A DNA stretch of 63,312 nucleotides, counting the filler, from Cercozoa sp. M6MM (Eukaryota > Protista > Endomyxa: Ascetosporea), in assembly GCA_040357565.1 (NCBI GenBank). It is 8 parts of 8 records of this genome, joined end to end, with 100 filler letters (N's around TTAATTAATTAA, not from the genome) between each part and the next. Parts side by side here need not be neighbours in the genome. Positions count along the whole stretch, not along the records: positions 1 to 15,701 come from JBDODJ010000302.1; positions 15,802 to 19,834 come from JBDODJ010001238.1; positions 19,935 to 30,406 come from JBDODJ010000441.1; 5 more parts are not named here. The stretch is one strand, 5' to 3'. Positions 12,424 to 24,398 of this stretch are shown in pieces. The stretch's first letter is position 1. The number at the start of each line of letters is the position of its first letter. The position numbers and the translations under genes are program-made. The notes under the pieces are model-generated. The model did no database searches. It saw only the letters and a list, made by a program, of their open reading frames with translations, and was not told the origin of the DNA.

Positions 12424-14179
12424 CATTTGTGTTTGCTAAACCTCCTCTCCCAGGCGTACAAGAGATGCGGCAGTTCGTGGAGCAGCAGCGACGTGCGCGC
12501 CGGCGTACTTTCCCTTCCGCTCTTTACCTCTTTGACTCCCTTGACTTGTTTAACCCCTTCGCTCTCTTTACTTTTCGGGGTGCTTGGCAGAGATGGAAGC
12601 TTGGTCGCACACCAACACGGAGTGCTTCATCGCACGCGATGATGCGGCATTGCACACGTCTGAACTGGTACACTTGGGTGAACTTTGTCTCTTGGACTGA
12701 CTTGTTCGTGCATTTTGACAGGTGGACGACTTGGGAACGTCGCCGCCGCGTGCGCCTAGTGTCGGTTCACTCGTGCGGATATTTGCTGCTGTTCCTGCCG
12801 AGACCTTCTCTCGGGTAGCCCATCCTTCCTTTACCCTACCCTATTCCGTTTTGCCCCCCCCCCCCCCCCAGAAGGCGAGCGAGACGCGCTCGCAGCAGAA
12901 GGAGCGAATCGTGGCGGCGCTGAGTGTGTCGCGACACGCCTTTGTCCTGGCACGTGACGAGCACCGTCTGCTGCTCGAGTTCGCGTCGGACAGGGACATG
13001 CGCACCGTGCTTGACTCTGGTACATCATGCTCGCTTGGGTCAGACTGGCACTGTTGATCTTTGTGAGTAGTCACTGTGCCGTCGCATGACATTGCGCACG
13101 GTATGGCCATGTCGCTTGATACGGTCTGTCCTGCCGCACACCGTCCTCACGCATGGGTACAACTTACCACTTTAACAAAGTCCACATGGTCCAACTGACC
13201 CGTACAATCTGAGTACAGGTGGACTTGCGACAACATGTTCTGCACGAGTGCCGCCAGGTCGTGTTCGCGCCGCGTTCGAACGTTGACGACTCGCTGTGGC
13301 CGGCGCAGGTGTTTACCCCTACCCTCCGCCCCTGCTTGTTCTCTTACCCTCTCCCCCGCGAGTAGGTTGTGGCACTCTGGGACCGTGGAGTGCGTGTGCC
13401 GACGCAAGGCAAGTACGCGGTACTACCCCTCTACCCATCTCCCCTCTACCCATCTCAACCACTTTACCCCCCCCCCCACCTGACGTACCCCTGTAGGGCT
13501 GCGTGTGCGTGGGTTTCTTTGGCGATAACCGGCAGATTCGCAATTGGTACCAGCAGCTGCATGGGAACGGTGTCACTGGGACTCGTGGGTGGGTGTGGTC
13601 ACTCAGGAAACCGTCCGGAACGGTGCGCGCGTTCGACGCGCTGGCGGCAGCACGCAGCGGCGGCAGGTACGCGCCGCCGTCGTCCACGACGCACTCGTCG
13701 CAGCACGTACTGTTGTCACTTAGGGTCACTGTGATCAGTGGTCAACCCAGTGGACACGTGCGTGGGATCAACTGAGTGCGTGATCAGGCCCTCCGACTGG
13801 CGTCGCAGCAGCGTGCCGCGTGGACGCACCGTCGCCGGCGGTGTCTGCTGCTGCACCACCTGATCGCATGGTACCTTTGGAGTGTGTCCGATCTGGGATC
13901 ACTGGGTACATGTGTGTGTGTGCACTTGCATACACAGTGAGAAGGCGCGACGGACACTATGCAAGGACTGGCAGCAGTGTCAAAAGGAGGCCGATCCGCT
14001 TGGTACCTACACAGTGTTTGATTGAGTGACTACTGACTGACTGACTGACTGACTGGTGTGACGGTGTGACTGGATAGATGCCATGCTACGCATTTTGGAC
14101 GCACGTGGCGGCGTGTCGCTGCTGCTGCCGCAGACACCGAGTGCTTCTGGCGACGTCGCCTTCTCCTTCCTTCGGTACT

Positions 14180-14235
<56 letters not shown>

Positions 14236-14824
14236 TGTGTGTATGTGTGTGTGTGTGTCTATCACGTGTCACTCTGCGTTACTGTGTATGTGGTCACTCA
14301 GTGGTCAAGTTGTCGATGCCGACAGTCGCAGCTTCTTCGTGCGCGCCGATAGCGATAATCGCAACTACCGGTACACCTCCGCCTCCTACCCTTTACCCCT
14401 CCTGACCCCCTGTACTCCTTTACCCCTCCTCCCTTTACCCTCTCTAACAGAGTGAATCTGCTGCACTCGTGTGCCAAGTCGTGGCTCGCACAGCTTGGTA
14501 TCCGCGAGGACAGCTACCTGGACAGTCACTTTGACAAGAGCGACGAGGAGCAGCAAAGCGAGGACGACGATGACGGTGTGCCACGTGTCATGTTCCACTT
14601 TGGCAAGGTGACGGTTACACTGCCGCCGCTGCTGAAACCGTCTCCAGCGGCAGCGGCGCCGCGGCCTCCGTCACTGCTGGCAGCAGAAACAGCGCCGGCA
14701 CTTGACTGGCGTCACCGCGCTCTTGTGCAGCACACAGACTCGAGTGACACGTGCGTTTCCTTCCTCCAGTCAGTCAGTGGGCACGTGCTCGGTGTCTCCA
14801 CTGAGCATGTGTCGAATATGTTCG

Positions 14825-14874
<50 letters not shown>

Positions 14875-14884
14875 NNNNNNNNNN

Positions 14885-14932
<48 letters not shown>

Positions 14933-15660
14933 AGGTGCTGGCTGTGCCGGCTGCCCGTTGGGAGCGACGAGGACAAGGACGTGCCGTGTCTGCGGTGCGT
15001 GCAGTGTCACACGCGGTGTCACGCCTCCTGCCAGGTAGCTGTCCAGTTGCAGTGCTCCAGTGCGCACGTGATCACAGACATGGTGAGACAGGACCCGTTC
15101 GAGTTCGACCCGAGCAACAACCGCGCGGAGGAGTTGCGTGCCAAGCTGCGACGATACGAGGAGGACGATGTCGATCGGCACGAGGACCGCGACTCGGGCA
15201 ACGACGGCATCGTCGAACTGCTGCGCTCCAAGTCGGCGCGCGACCCGTCGCGCGCGGTTTCTTACCCCTCAGTCCCTCCCTACCTCGCTTACCTCTTACC
15301 CCTCCCCCCTCTGTAGGTGCATCCGCAGATTAGGTGTCCCAAGTGCACCAAGTGCGCCTTGTGTCAGCAGCACCGTCATGCAGGTACACTGACAGGGGGT
15401 AAGGTGTGCAATGTGCAAGATGTGCACAGGCACCCCCGACGACAAGGGCGCCTACCTGCTGCTGGAGTGCGACGTGTGCCGCCTGCGCGTGCATCCGTTG
15501 TGTCTACAGCCGCCGCTGTCACTCGAGGCTGCACGTGCCACCAAGCGGTACCTTTTGTTCACGTGCCCGTGTCCACCCACGTGTCCACTGGGTCTGTGTA
15601 GGTACGTGTGCACGCGGTGTCGTCAGTGTCGCGACTGCGGTGTCACACAGAGCAACATGT
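11694..15660 (+). CDS. Chromatin-reader protein with a PWWP-like motif and tandem PHD fingers; 3'-partial
   Basis: Start MEAARRSSRKKP; SLWPAQVV..VCVGFFGDN (PWWP-like); CWLC..CLRCVQCHTRCHASC; CPKCTKCALC..LLLECDVCRLRVHPLCLQPPL..YVCTRCRQCRDCG, a trithorax/KMT2-style PHD chain. Truncated by the scaffold end. Confidence 0.65.
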
Positions 15661-15701
15661 GTGTTTACCCCCCCCCCCCCACACACACACACACACACAC
15701 A

Positions 15702-15801
15702 NNNNNNNNNNNNNNNNNNNNNNNNNNNNNNNNNNNNNNNNNNNNTTAATTAATTAANNNNNNNNNNNNNNNNNNNNNNNNNNNNNNNNNNNNNNNNNNN
15801 N
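15702..15801. other. Artificial scaffold linker N44-TTAATTAATTAA-N44
   Basis: Six-frame stop 12-mer flanked by 44 N on each side; identical at seven sites. Confidence 0.97.
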
Positions 15802-15853
15802 CGCCCCCCCCCCCCGTGCTTTACCCATTCACACCCTTTCCTCCCGTCACCAG

Positions 15854-16693
15854 GTTCGAAGGCTACCGCACGCGCGATCACCTGCTGGGCCAGAGGCAGC
15901 GCGTGCTGTGCTGCGAGCGTGCACGCGATGGTAAGCACCTCGTGTCGCACAACAAGTCCTACGACCAGGTAGTTCGCCCCCTCTTGTATCCCAGTTGCCC
16001 TTGTATCCCGTGCCCTGGGATAGGTGCTGGTGCCGATGCGCGAAGATTTGCTGGGCAAGATGTTCGACGTCGAGATTGTCGAGTGCGGCAAGCACTTTCT
16101 GAAGGCGCGCGTCATCGAGAACTCTGTCACTGCCACGGTGCAGAAGGACCCGTCTTCTCAGCAGGTATATCGTCATATATATTCGTTCAGTTTGTTTGTT
16201 TGTTTGTTTAATTTGTTTCTGATGTATTTGTTGGTTTATTTGTTTGTGTATTTCTCTATTCAGCTGTTTTTGTTTATTTGCGTCGTTGCACTATCAGGGC
16301 CTCGAGTCGCGTCGTGTCGCCACAGCAGAAACGCACGACTTTGACGGTGCGCACGAGAAGGCCAAGACCAAGTGCGTTCTGCCTTAATTCTTTCTGTTGC
16401 TTGGCAAGTGTCACTCACTATTGTCCACGCAGTTTCAAGAAGCGACAGAAGGAGGAGAAACGCCGACAGGCTGCGGCTCGCGTACCTTCAAGTTTTGCTC
16501 GTTGTGATGTGAATTGGGACTTCACTCGGGTGACTTGCAGGTGCAAGTGGCAGCACGCGAAGAGAACAGCGAGGATGAGCAGCAGCAGCAGGAGGAGGAG
16601 AAGCGCCAGACGCGTCTCCAGTACCTCCTGTTCGCGCTCTTGGTGCTGCTTGTGGCTAGTGGTGCCGAGTGGCTCCTGGCGCCGGCGTCTTAG
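15854..16693 (+). CDS. CDKAL1: tRNA methylthiotransferase CDKAL1, 3' part (TRAM domain plus C-terminal TM anchor)
   Basis: LLGQRQRVLCCERARDGKHLVSHNKSYDQVLVPMREDLLGKMFDVEIVECGKHFLKARVI matches the CDKAL1 TRAM domain; hydrophobic tail YLLFALLVLLVA; TAG at 16691-16693. Confidence 0.8.
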
Positions 16694-17327
16694 TTTACCC
16701 AACACGACACAGGTCGAGTTAATTAACCAACTATTTAAGTTAACCGGGGGGTCCAGTAACTTGAACCGAACATCATGCTCGGAAAAAGACCACAAATGGA
16801 AAACAACAACGCCCTTTTTTTCCACAAACGGAAAAAAAGAAAAAGAGAAGAATGAGGAAAGGAACAGGTGGACAGCAGCGACAGTTCCCCTTGGATAGGC
16901 CTCGTCGACAAGCTCCAGGACGCAATCCCACTCGCCAGTTCCAAGTACACCCTTGTGTCTGCTCAGTTTCCTGCCTCAACCGTTCGGGTATTCAATGCAT
17001 GAAACACAGTCCCCTTCGGGAAAGTGCCCAGTGCCAACTCGGACTTCGCGCGGGACGACCCGTCAAGCGCATGCCGACGACGCCCAGGGAACACGCCCAG
17101 CTGCCTCCCAACTCCTCGTGGTCACCCACTCGGGTTACAGCAGATCGCTACAACTGCCTGACTGGTTCGAAGAATTTTCGAAGCGTCGTCGATAGAACCA
17201 AATGTTGATATTTTCAAGAAACCGAGTCATGGGTCAGTCAATACGTGTTGCGGGTTGCACAGAAACACGTAGTCGCGCCTGCACGCACGACTGCAGAGCT
17301 AAATGTTGATTGAGAGATTGTAAATTT

Positions 17328-17747
17328 CAGTGAAGACAACGACTAAAGAAAGTAAGAATGTAAGGTCGTTTAATTTAGTGTTCGTTCGACGTCTCAACAA
17401 ACCGAAAGATATCAGAAGAGAGAAGGTTACCCCAAGGTAGGGCCGTCGTTACAGTTGAGAGTGTTGAGGGGCTTGTTCGATGATGAACAAAAGAAAAACA
17501 ACCCTCTTGCCTGCTCAAGCTAGAGCAAGTCAGTTGCTTTGGTGTCAACAAGCAGTATCCCTGAGGTACCTGGTATCGGAAAGAGGGCCTTTATTCAATT
17601 CTTGCAGCAGTTTCAAGCTGCTCGCCACTCTACCAAACACAGGGTATGCCAAGCTAGGCAGCACTCAATTGTTAGGTTACCAGCTCTCAACCTTAGCAAA
17701 ACACTTCAATTCTTATTTGGCATGACTGATAGTTGCTTCCACGCGGA
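17328..17747 (+). mobile_element. Degenerate relic related to the MITE family at 44746-45440
   Basis: CAGTGAAGACAACGACTAAAGAAAGTAAGAATGT resembles 44856-44892 and the reverse complement of 45370-45403. TACCTGGT..CTCTACCAAACACAGG resembles the reverse complement of 45058-45129. TIR-like GTTGCTTCCACGCGGA at 17732-17747. Confidence 0.35.
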
Positions 17748-17936
17748 GCAAGTAGACATAAAGCCGACCGAATCTTTCCTTTTCGGGTTTTCCATTGAGT
17801 GCTTAGTACTTGTACGCACCAGAACGGAATGAAGCGCAATGGATACGCCAAAGAGTCGACCCCACGCAGGGTAGGCACCAAGCTAGTTGACTCGCCGTAG
17901 ATTCGACTCGCGTCGTACCGTATCCGCGCCAGAGAT

Positions 17937-19027
17937 CTAGTCGGAAGCGGGCGAGCGACTGGGCGAGCGACGGTGACGCGAGTGGCGTGAGCGACTGCGC
18001 GAGCGACGGCGCGGACGGGAGCGATCGCGACTGCGGCTGCGACGACGGCCGCGCGAACTAACGCACACACACACGACTCTCTCTCTCCATATACATATAT
18101 ATATATATATATATATATCCTTCATTGAGTGTGCACTCAGAGAGAAAGACAGGGGAGTTACCGCGATCGACTGCGGCGACGGCGCGAGCGACTGCGAGAG
18201 CGACGACGCGAACTGCACCACACACAAAGATATATATATATATATCTCTCTCTCTCAGAAAAAAATCGATGTATTACCGAGAGCGACTGCGACGCGAACG
18301 ACTGCGCGAGCGACGGCGACTGCGACTGCGACTGCGTGAGCTGTTTCAAAATACACCACACACATTATAACACACACAAACATGATACATACATACATAT
18401 ACACATACGCAGATACATACAAACATATACTCACGCACACAGACACAAACATACACAAGACACAGACACAAACATACACAAGACACATACACAAGACACA
18501 TACACAAGACACATACGCAAGACACAAAGCCTACCGCACGCGCATCTCATCGCTCGTCTTGCGCGAGCCTTTGGCCCACTCGACGGCGATCTCGGCGCCT
18601 TGGATGCCCTTGCGGTCCATACCCTTGCTGCCCTCACAAAAGCCACAATACGCAACACAAAAAGCGTGTGCTTGTGTCTCTTACAGCGCCTTCTCGGCGT
18701 CCTCGCCATTGTCGAACCTGCAAAGTGAATGTATGATTTTTAAAGCTCCGACACACCTGAGAAAACGAGAGAAATCTCACTCCACGAATGCGTAGCCCTG
18801 ATGACCGTCGCTGTAACGGTTGCGCCTATTGTAGCCACACAAGTCACACATCACGCACAAGCCTTTGCAGCAGAAACGCACAAAATACAACCAACGTACG
18901 GCAGGTAGACGTCCAGGATCTCGCCGTACTCACCAAAGGCACGTTCCAAGTCTCCAGCCGTCACCTGGCGCGCCAGGCCGCGAACATGCAACGAATAGCC
19001 ACTCCGACGGCCGCGTCTCATGGACAT
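17937..19027 (-). CDS. SR splicing factor (single RRM plus RS domain; SRSF10/SCL-like)
   Basis: SLHVRGLARQVTAGDLERAFGEYGEILDVYLP..GYAFVEF..DAEKAL..IAVEWAKGSRKTSDEMR followed by three RS-repeat exons; TAG at 17937-17939. Confidence 0.85.
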
Positions 19028-19644
19028 CTGCGCCAACACAGCGATACAAAATCATAGCAACATTGGTGTCTGAAACATACAACAAAGCTAATGTGCTCAC
19101 ACCTGTGTACTAGGTTTATTCGTATCCCGACACGAGTCACAACGGATATCGGCCTCGCGAGGACAGGCAGCAGGCCGAGACACAGCACACAACAACTTTT
19201 AAAACAATCCACGCGTTCCACCACACGGATGATTGTGTGACTAATGCCATTAGAAGTGGTGCACCCATGTGCTAATACTATTTATCAGGTTATTGAACGC
19301 ACATTGCGGTCCTGGGAAACCCTGGGACCATGCCTCTGTCAGTGCCTGTTCCATCTATGTCAAGCCAGGTGCTTGGAGATTGCTGTGCCCGCCCTGATCG
19401 CGCATGGATTCGCAAAAGTGGCGAGTTTCCCGGTTTGTTGGAGTTTGTTATGTTGCTGTGCAGAGTGGTCTACAAAAACAGATTCCCCGAATAGTGCACC
19501 TATAAACTATTAAGACGTTCTCGCAGTGTTTATAAACGCCCCACCACTGATCGCGCTTGAACGTTCCGCAACTCGCAGAAACTGAGGCACAATGCCTCCA
19601 CAAATCAAACCTGCAATCTCAGTTGTGCTGACAAACAAAATCTC

Positions 19645-19716
19645 TTTTTTGGATCAAGATTGTCGGCTCAAAAAGTTCGGCTCAAAAATTGGGCCGCCCG
19701 AAAGGGGTGGGTTCCC
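19645..19716 (-). repeat. Dispersed ~60-70 bp element, copy 1
   Basis: Reverse complement reads GGGAACCCACCCCTTTCGGGCGGCCCAATTTTTGAGCCGAA..CTTGATCCAAAAAA, matching 43928-43985. Confidence 0.85.
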
Positions 19717-19809
19717 CTACTCGACGGCAACGACGAGCGAATGGTCGGTACCGGCCGCCACGTGCGTGGCTGTGCCGTCGTGTGGCATCTCGACCCGCAG
19801 CGGCAGTGC
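19717..19809 (-). CDS. Terminal exon of an RCC1-repeat protein (5'-partial)
   Basis: After a CAG acceptor: ALPLRVEMPHDGTATHVAAGTDHSLVVAVE*. VAAGxxHSL is the RCC1 blade signature. Confidence 0.6.
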   Translation of the reverse strand, partial: ALPLRVEMPHDGTATHVAAGTDHSLVVAVE

Positions 19810-19834
19810 CTGTGGGACATCTCAAAAGCCCGGA

Positions 19835-19934
19835 NNNNNNNNNNNNNNNNNNNNNNNNNNNNNNNNNNNNNNNNNNNNTTAATTAATTAANNNNNNNNNN
19901 NNNNNNNNNNNNNNNNNNNNNNNNNNNNNNNNNN
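19835..19934. other. Artificial scaffold linker
   Basis: N44-TTAATTAATTAA-N44. Confidence 0.97.
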
Positions 19935-19950
19935 CCCCCCCCCCCCGCAG

Positions 19951-20848
19951 TTGACGATGGTGGCCTCGAATGCGTTCATTTCGTCACACGGCGCCGGTCT
20001 GTCGTGGACGCTGTTTCAGCAGCCCGAATCGCTTCTGTACGAATGGACTGGTATTGTAGCCATCTTGGACACATGTGTAGCCAGTTTTAGCCGGTTTTGG
20101 TTGCCTGTAGCCATCCGATTTTCTATGTATTGTTTGATTGTGCAGTGGCACCACAGGAGAACTTTTTCTGGTTCGCGCAGACGGCGCACGTGACTCGTGT
20201 GACCTCGCGCTACCCATGCGGTCGGTCCACTTCGTGGTAGCACCCTTCGTTTACCCTCCTGTTTACCCTCTCCCCCGTTCCCTTTTGTTTACGCGTGTTT
20301 ACCCCCCCCCATACCCCCATATACCCCCCCCCCCCACAGCAAGGTGAACGTGAAGGAGTACGCCAGCAAGGTAGAACAGCCGCTGCGCAGTCTGCTGATG
20401 CGCGCGCAGGAAAACAACAACAGCAGCGACAACAACAACAACAACAACGACAGCAACAACAACAACAGCAATGACCATAACATGAACGACAGTGTCACTG
20501 ACGGTCCCACTGGCGGTCCCGCTGACGATGTCAATGATGATATCAATGATGATATCAATGACGGTTCCAATGATGGTACCAATGACTTGCCTTTCGTCGA
20601 CATTGACGACGCATCCGACCGCTGGCTCGTGCTCGGCATCGTTCTACTCACGCTCTCGCTGGCGTGCTTCTTCCTGGGACGACTCAGCGTGTACCCTTGT
20701 TCTTGCCTCCCCTTCCAGTCTGTCCTACTCTTGGTCTGCCCTTGTACTGCCCTTGTACTAACTTTCTTCCTATCCTCTATGTCTCAACAGACGACAACGT
20801 GGCTTTGAGCGCCTCTCTGTCCACGATGACGTCGAAATGACTGTCTAA
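19951..20848 (+). CDS. Glycosyltransferase family 61-like protein, 3' part, with Asn/Asp-rich stalk and C-terminal TM helix
   Basis: ASNAFISSHGAGLSWTLFQQPESLLYE contains the GT61 HGAGL motif; poly-N tract; WLVLGIVLLTLSLACFFLG TM segment; TAA at 20846-20848. Confidence 0.6.
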
Positions 20849-21020
20849 ATTTTATCGCAATTCTCCGCTCTGCGTTAACGTTAGTCTGATTCGATTTACT
20901 GATTTACTAAAGCAAAGTATCGTCCGTATAACCGATCCAACCAACCAACTAAAGTAAAATATCGTACATAGCGTAGGCGAGTTAATCGAATTAATAGTCC
21001 AAGTCCAGACCGTTTACTTT

Positions 21021-23240
21021 CTACTGAAGCAAGCAGCCAGAGAAACGAGTAGCAGTCGCAGAACGCTGCACTGGAAGTCCACACCGAACAGCAAGTTCCA
21101 AGTCTTCTGCTAGGTCATTTGCTGTAGGGTATAAATTGTATAAAATAATCAAGAAATTTAGCTTGGGTCAAACTGACGCATTAAAAAGTTTCTGTACCCA
21201 AACATGACTGCAACAGACTGCCAGGTCCAAGAGTTTCCTGAACGCTCGACAGCACATCCATGCACACATGTTGCCACTCCTGTTCGAACACACAAACCAT
21301 ACTGAACGTATCTGAGGAATGGAAAACTGCGAGTATTTTTACCAAGAAAACATCGTCAAAGCGGCGTGAAAGAGAAGCTTTCGCTTTGGCAAGAAGCTGC
21401 GGCAGATTGAAGCCGACGGGTAACTGTTCGGAAATCAAAGGCACCATGGACGGTTCGGCCAGGCACACTACGGGCCAAAGAACAAGTAAAGTGAGTTAGT
21501 TTAATTCGGAAATAATATAATAGTCGAGTTTAATACCAAGCAGCACAGGAACGACGATGTTGGAAACAGCCGTGTCCAGCGTAGTACCGCTGATAGCATC
21601 GGCGTTGATTTCGTAGCGCTGGCGTAAGTGTGTCAGTTCGAGACACATCGATTTGGCCAGATGCTCTCGATTCTTTTCGCTCATGTTGGAGATGGACTTG
21701 TACATGATGTCAGTGAGAAGGTCGAATGACTTGTTTGTGTACTTGCTTTGAATCTCTATCGACGGGAGCTGCAGACACAATTTAAATACGTGTTTGGAAT
21801 AATGAGCCAAGCTGCAGGTACCGGAACATCCGCGAAATTGTGCCACCGTGCAGGGTGCACAGGGAGGTCGTAAAACACGTCATCAAGCGTGTCGGCGGCC
21901 AAAGCGAATGTCACAAGCTGCAAGGAGTCGAACACTGCTCGGTCGCTCTCAAAGTACACTGCCAACAACTCGACTGGTGTTGGTGTGTCTTTCTCCAAAT
22001 CAATTAAGATCGTTTGGTTTGTGCTGCAGTTTGAACAGTGAGACACGTCAGCAGTTCGAGTAGTGGGCCGAATACCGTTGCAGGCAGTTCAAACACGAGC
22101 GAGACACACGTTGCATGAGTGCAGGATCTTTCACAGTAACGGAGACTGTTTGAAGCACAATGTCGACCATTTCACATTGGACATGAGCGTCGAAACTGCC
22201 AGTGTCCAATGCAACAGCCATGTGCGACAGAGCCGTAGGCAGTAACTGTTTCGGAACACCCGAGAACACACGCAACAGACAGTTTCTACGTGCACAAAGT
22301 ACATGTGCACAAGGTGCATGTTAAAAGCAACGCATGTACAGGTTGTACCCAAACTCATCATTGATGGCATTGAGCACACTGTCAAGTGCACTGCTTTCGT
22401 CCAGTAGCAGACGAGGGCAGTAGACAAAAGAACAAAGCACCTGCAGGAATGTTAAACATCTATGTGTATATACCTATATCGATATAGGAAGGGTAGTTGC
22501 GTTTACAGAAGCACTGGCCGGAATGTTCAAGCGATGCAAGAAATCATCGAAGGCTTGCAGTAGTTCAGTTGGTCTTGCAGCACCTGCGTAGTGCTGTACG
22601 AGTAGTTGCACCCACGTCGACATCTCCTATAGACATCTTGTATTTTACTTCAGCATCAGTACAACACAACACTGCAGAAGTACCTCAGAAACAAAGCGTC
22701 CTCTATAGTGTTGATCAAACAGCAAGCGCGTGAAAAGTCCAATGTCGACACCGTCAATGTCGAGGTCAGTATCAAAGTCCACTGACTCATACTCATTGCT
22801 TGCTTCTGGGAAACGCTCCTGTAGGAACTGGTCCAGCATGGCAGCCAAGAAGCCACCCTCAGTCTGCTCGCCCACGCGTCTACATTCGACAGGCATTTGT
22901 ACACCCAGTTAACAACAACAACAACAACAACAACAACACAACAACAACAAACACAACAACAACAACAACAGCAAAAGCAACAACAACAAAAGCAACAACA
23001 ACAAAAGCAAAAACAACAAGATACGCAACAGTGATCCGAGGTGCATCCGAAGCTGTCAGATTAATCTCCAGTGCTGCACACTGCCGAAATCTTAGTCGCA
23101 ACCGCTTTAAACTCTCCGCTTTGTGGTACTCTGTACAGTTGTACTCAATTCACACGCATGCACAAGTGTCTCTCTGGCCAAGTACGTTACGATGTACCGC
23201 GTGAACATCCCATGCGAAGCGCCATGCGCCTCGACAACAT
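21021..23240 (-). CDS. Hypothetical protein (longer exons, possible mitochondrial presequence)
   Basis: Chain of same-strand ORF segments with GT-AG boundaries starting MLSRRMALRMG. No domain recognised; both ends approximate. Confidence 0.4.
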
Positions 23241-23398
23241 CTGCAGAGCTGATGAAGTGTCCTAAGGTCGTCTTAAGCTTAACCACACAGCTTTAAAACT
23301 AATCAAGTCGCCAACCGCTCTAAATGCTCAAAGTAACATGCACTCAGAAAAAGCGAGTTAACATGCACGGAAACTACTCGACTCAAATGCCAGTGAAA

Positions 23399-23436
23399 CC
23401 TCTCTTAGGTTTTGGGGTTGCTTCCGCGCGGATACA
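23399..23436. mobile_element. Solo terminal inverted repeat of the MITE family
   Basis: CCTCTCTT..GGGTTGCTTCCGCGCGGATACAG followed by TA; matches the right end of 44746-45020. Confidence 0.7.
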
Positions 23437-23470
23437 GTAGTTTATAAAGCCGATTACCGCGCCGAATGAA

Positions 23471-24205
23471 CTAATCCTCGGCCTCAAACTCCTGTTCACT
23501 CTCGTTCTCCTGCTCGTCGTCTTCGGAAGAGGAGAAGTCTTCGTCCTCGTCATCGACATCGACATCGACGTTGTTGTTGTTGTCATTGTTGTTGATGCTG
23601 TCGTTGTCGTCGTCGTTGTCGTCATCGTGCGCCGGCTGTGACTCGGCGTCGTCCTTCTTTTTGCCCTGTCGCTGCTGCAGCATCTGCATGAAGGCCTCGC
23701 GACCCTCCTTCTCGGCCTGCGCTCTCCTGACCTCGGACTGCCCGGCATTGGCCAACGCGTTCTTCATGCGCCGCTTGTGCTGCCGCAGCGCGTTGAACAG
23801 CGTGACCACGCCCCTGCACAGCACACACATACACACTGACTAACATACCAATCCGACAGTACAGACATACTTGGTCGCAATCTTTCGCAGTTCTCTCTCC
23901 TCGGCAGCGTTGTATGCAATGTCCACTTCCGCGTGGTCCTGTCACAATTCAGGAAAGACGTCAAGATAATTAAAACTCACACTGAACGTTTCTTCCCATA
24001 CCTTGTTGCGAAACGCCTTCAGCTGTGCTCGTCTCGCACGTGCCTCGCGGGCCTCGCGTTGTCGCTGTCGTAGCTCAAGGTTTTCGAGCTTCTTGGCCTT
24101 GCTTAGGATGGGCGCCGCCTTGGATGACACGGCACCTCCGCGCGGAGCCTCAGCATCCGCCAGGATGTTGGCCAGAACTGACTCGAATGTCTGCTTGGTA
24201 GTCAT
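23471..24205 (-). CDS. RRP15: Pre-rRNA processing protein Rrp15 (3 exons)
   Basis: ILAD..APILSKAKK..EERELRKIATKGVVTLFNALRQH..REAFMQML with an acidic tail; this is the Rrp15 signature. Confidence 0.88.
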
Positions 24206-24398
24206 ACTGTGTACAAACTTAGAAACACACACCAGACACACTCGCTGCGCTTAGATCGCCTGCTCAGAAATTCGATGGTTGGCTACACTTTGTGCCCTTT
24301 AAGAAAATTTGGCCAAAGCAAAGTGGATCGCAATACATTTGAGAGGAATTCTGTGTGTGCTAATACCGGGGTTATGCGGAATACGTGCTAGTTAGAGC

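Noticed and set aside
15746-15757. Recurrent TTAATTAATTAA motif as a biological repeat or insertion site
   Set aside because: It is always centred in exactly 44+44 N and is a six-frame-stop concatenation linker.
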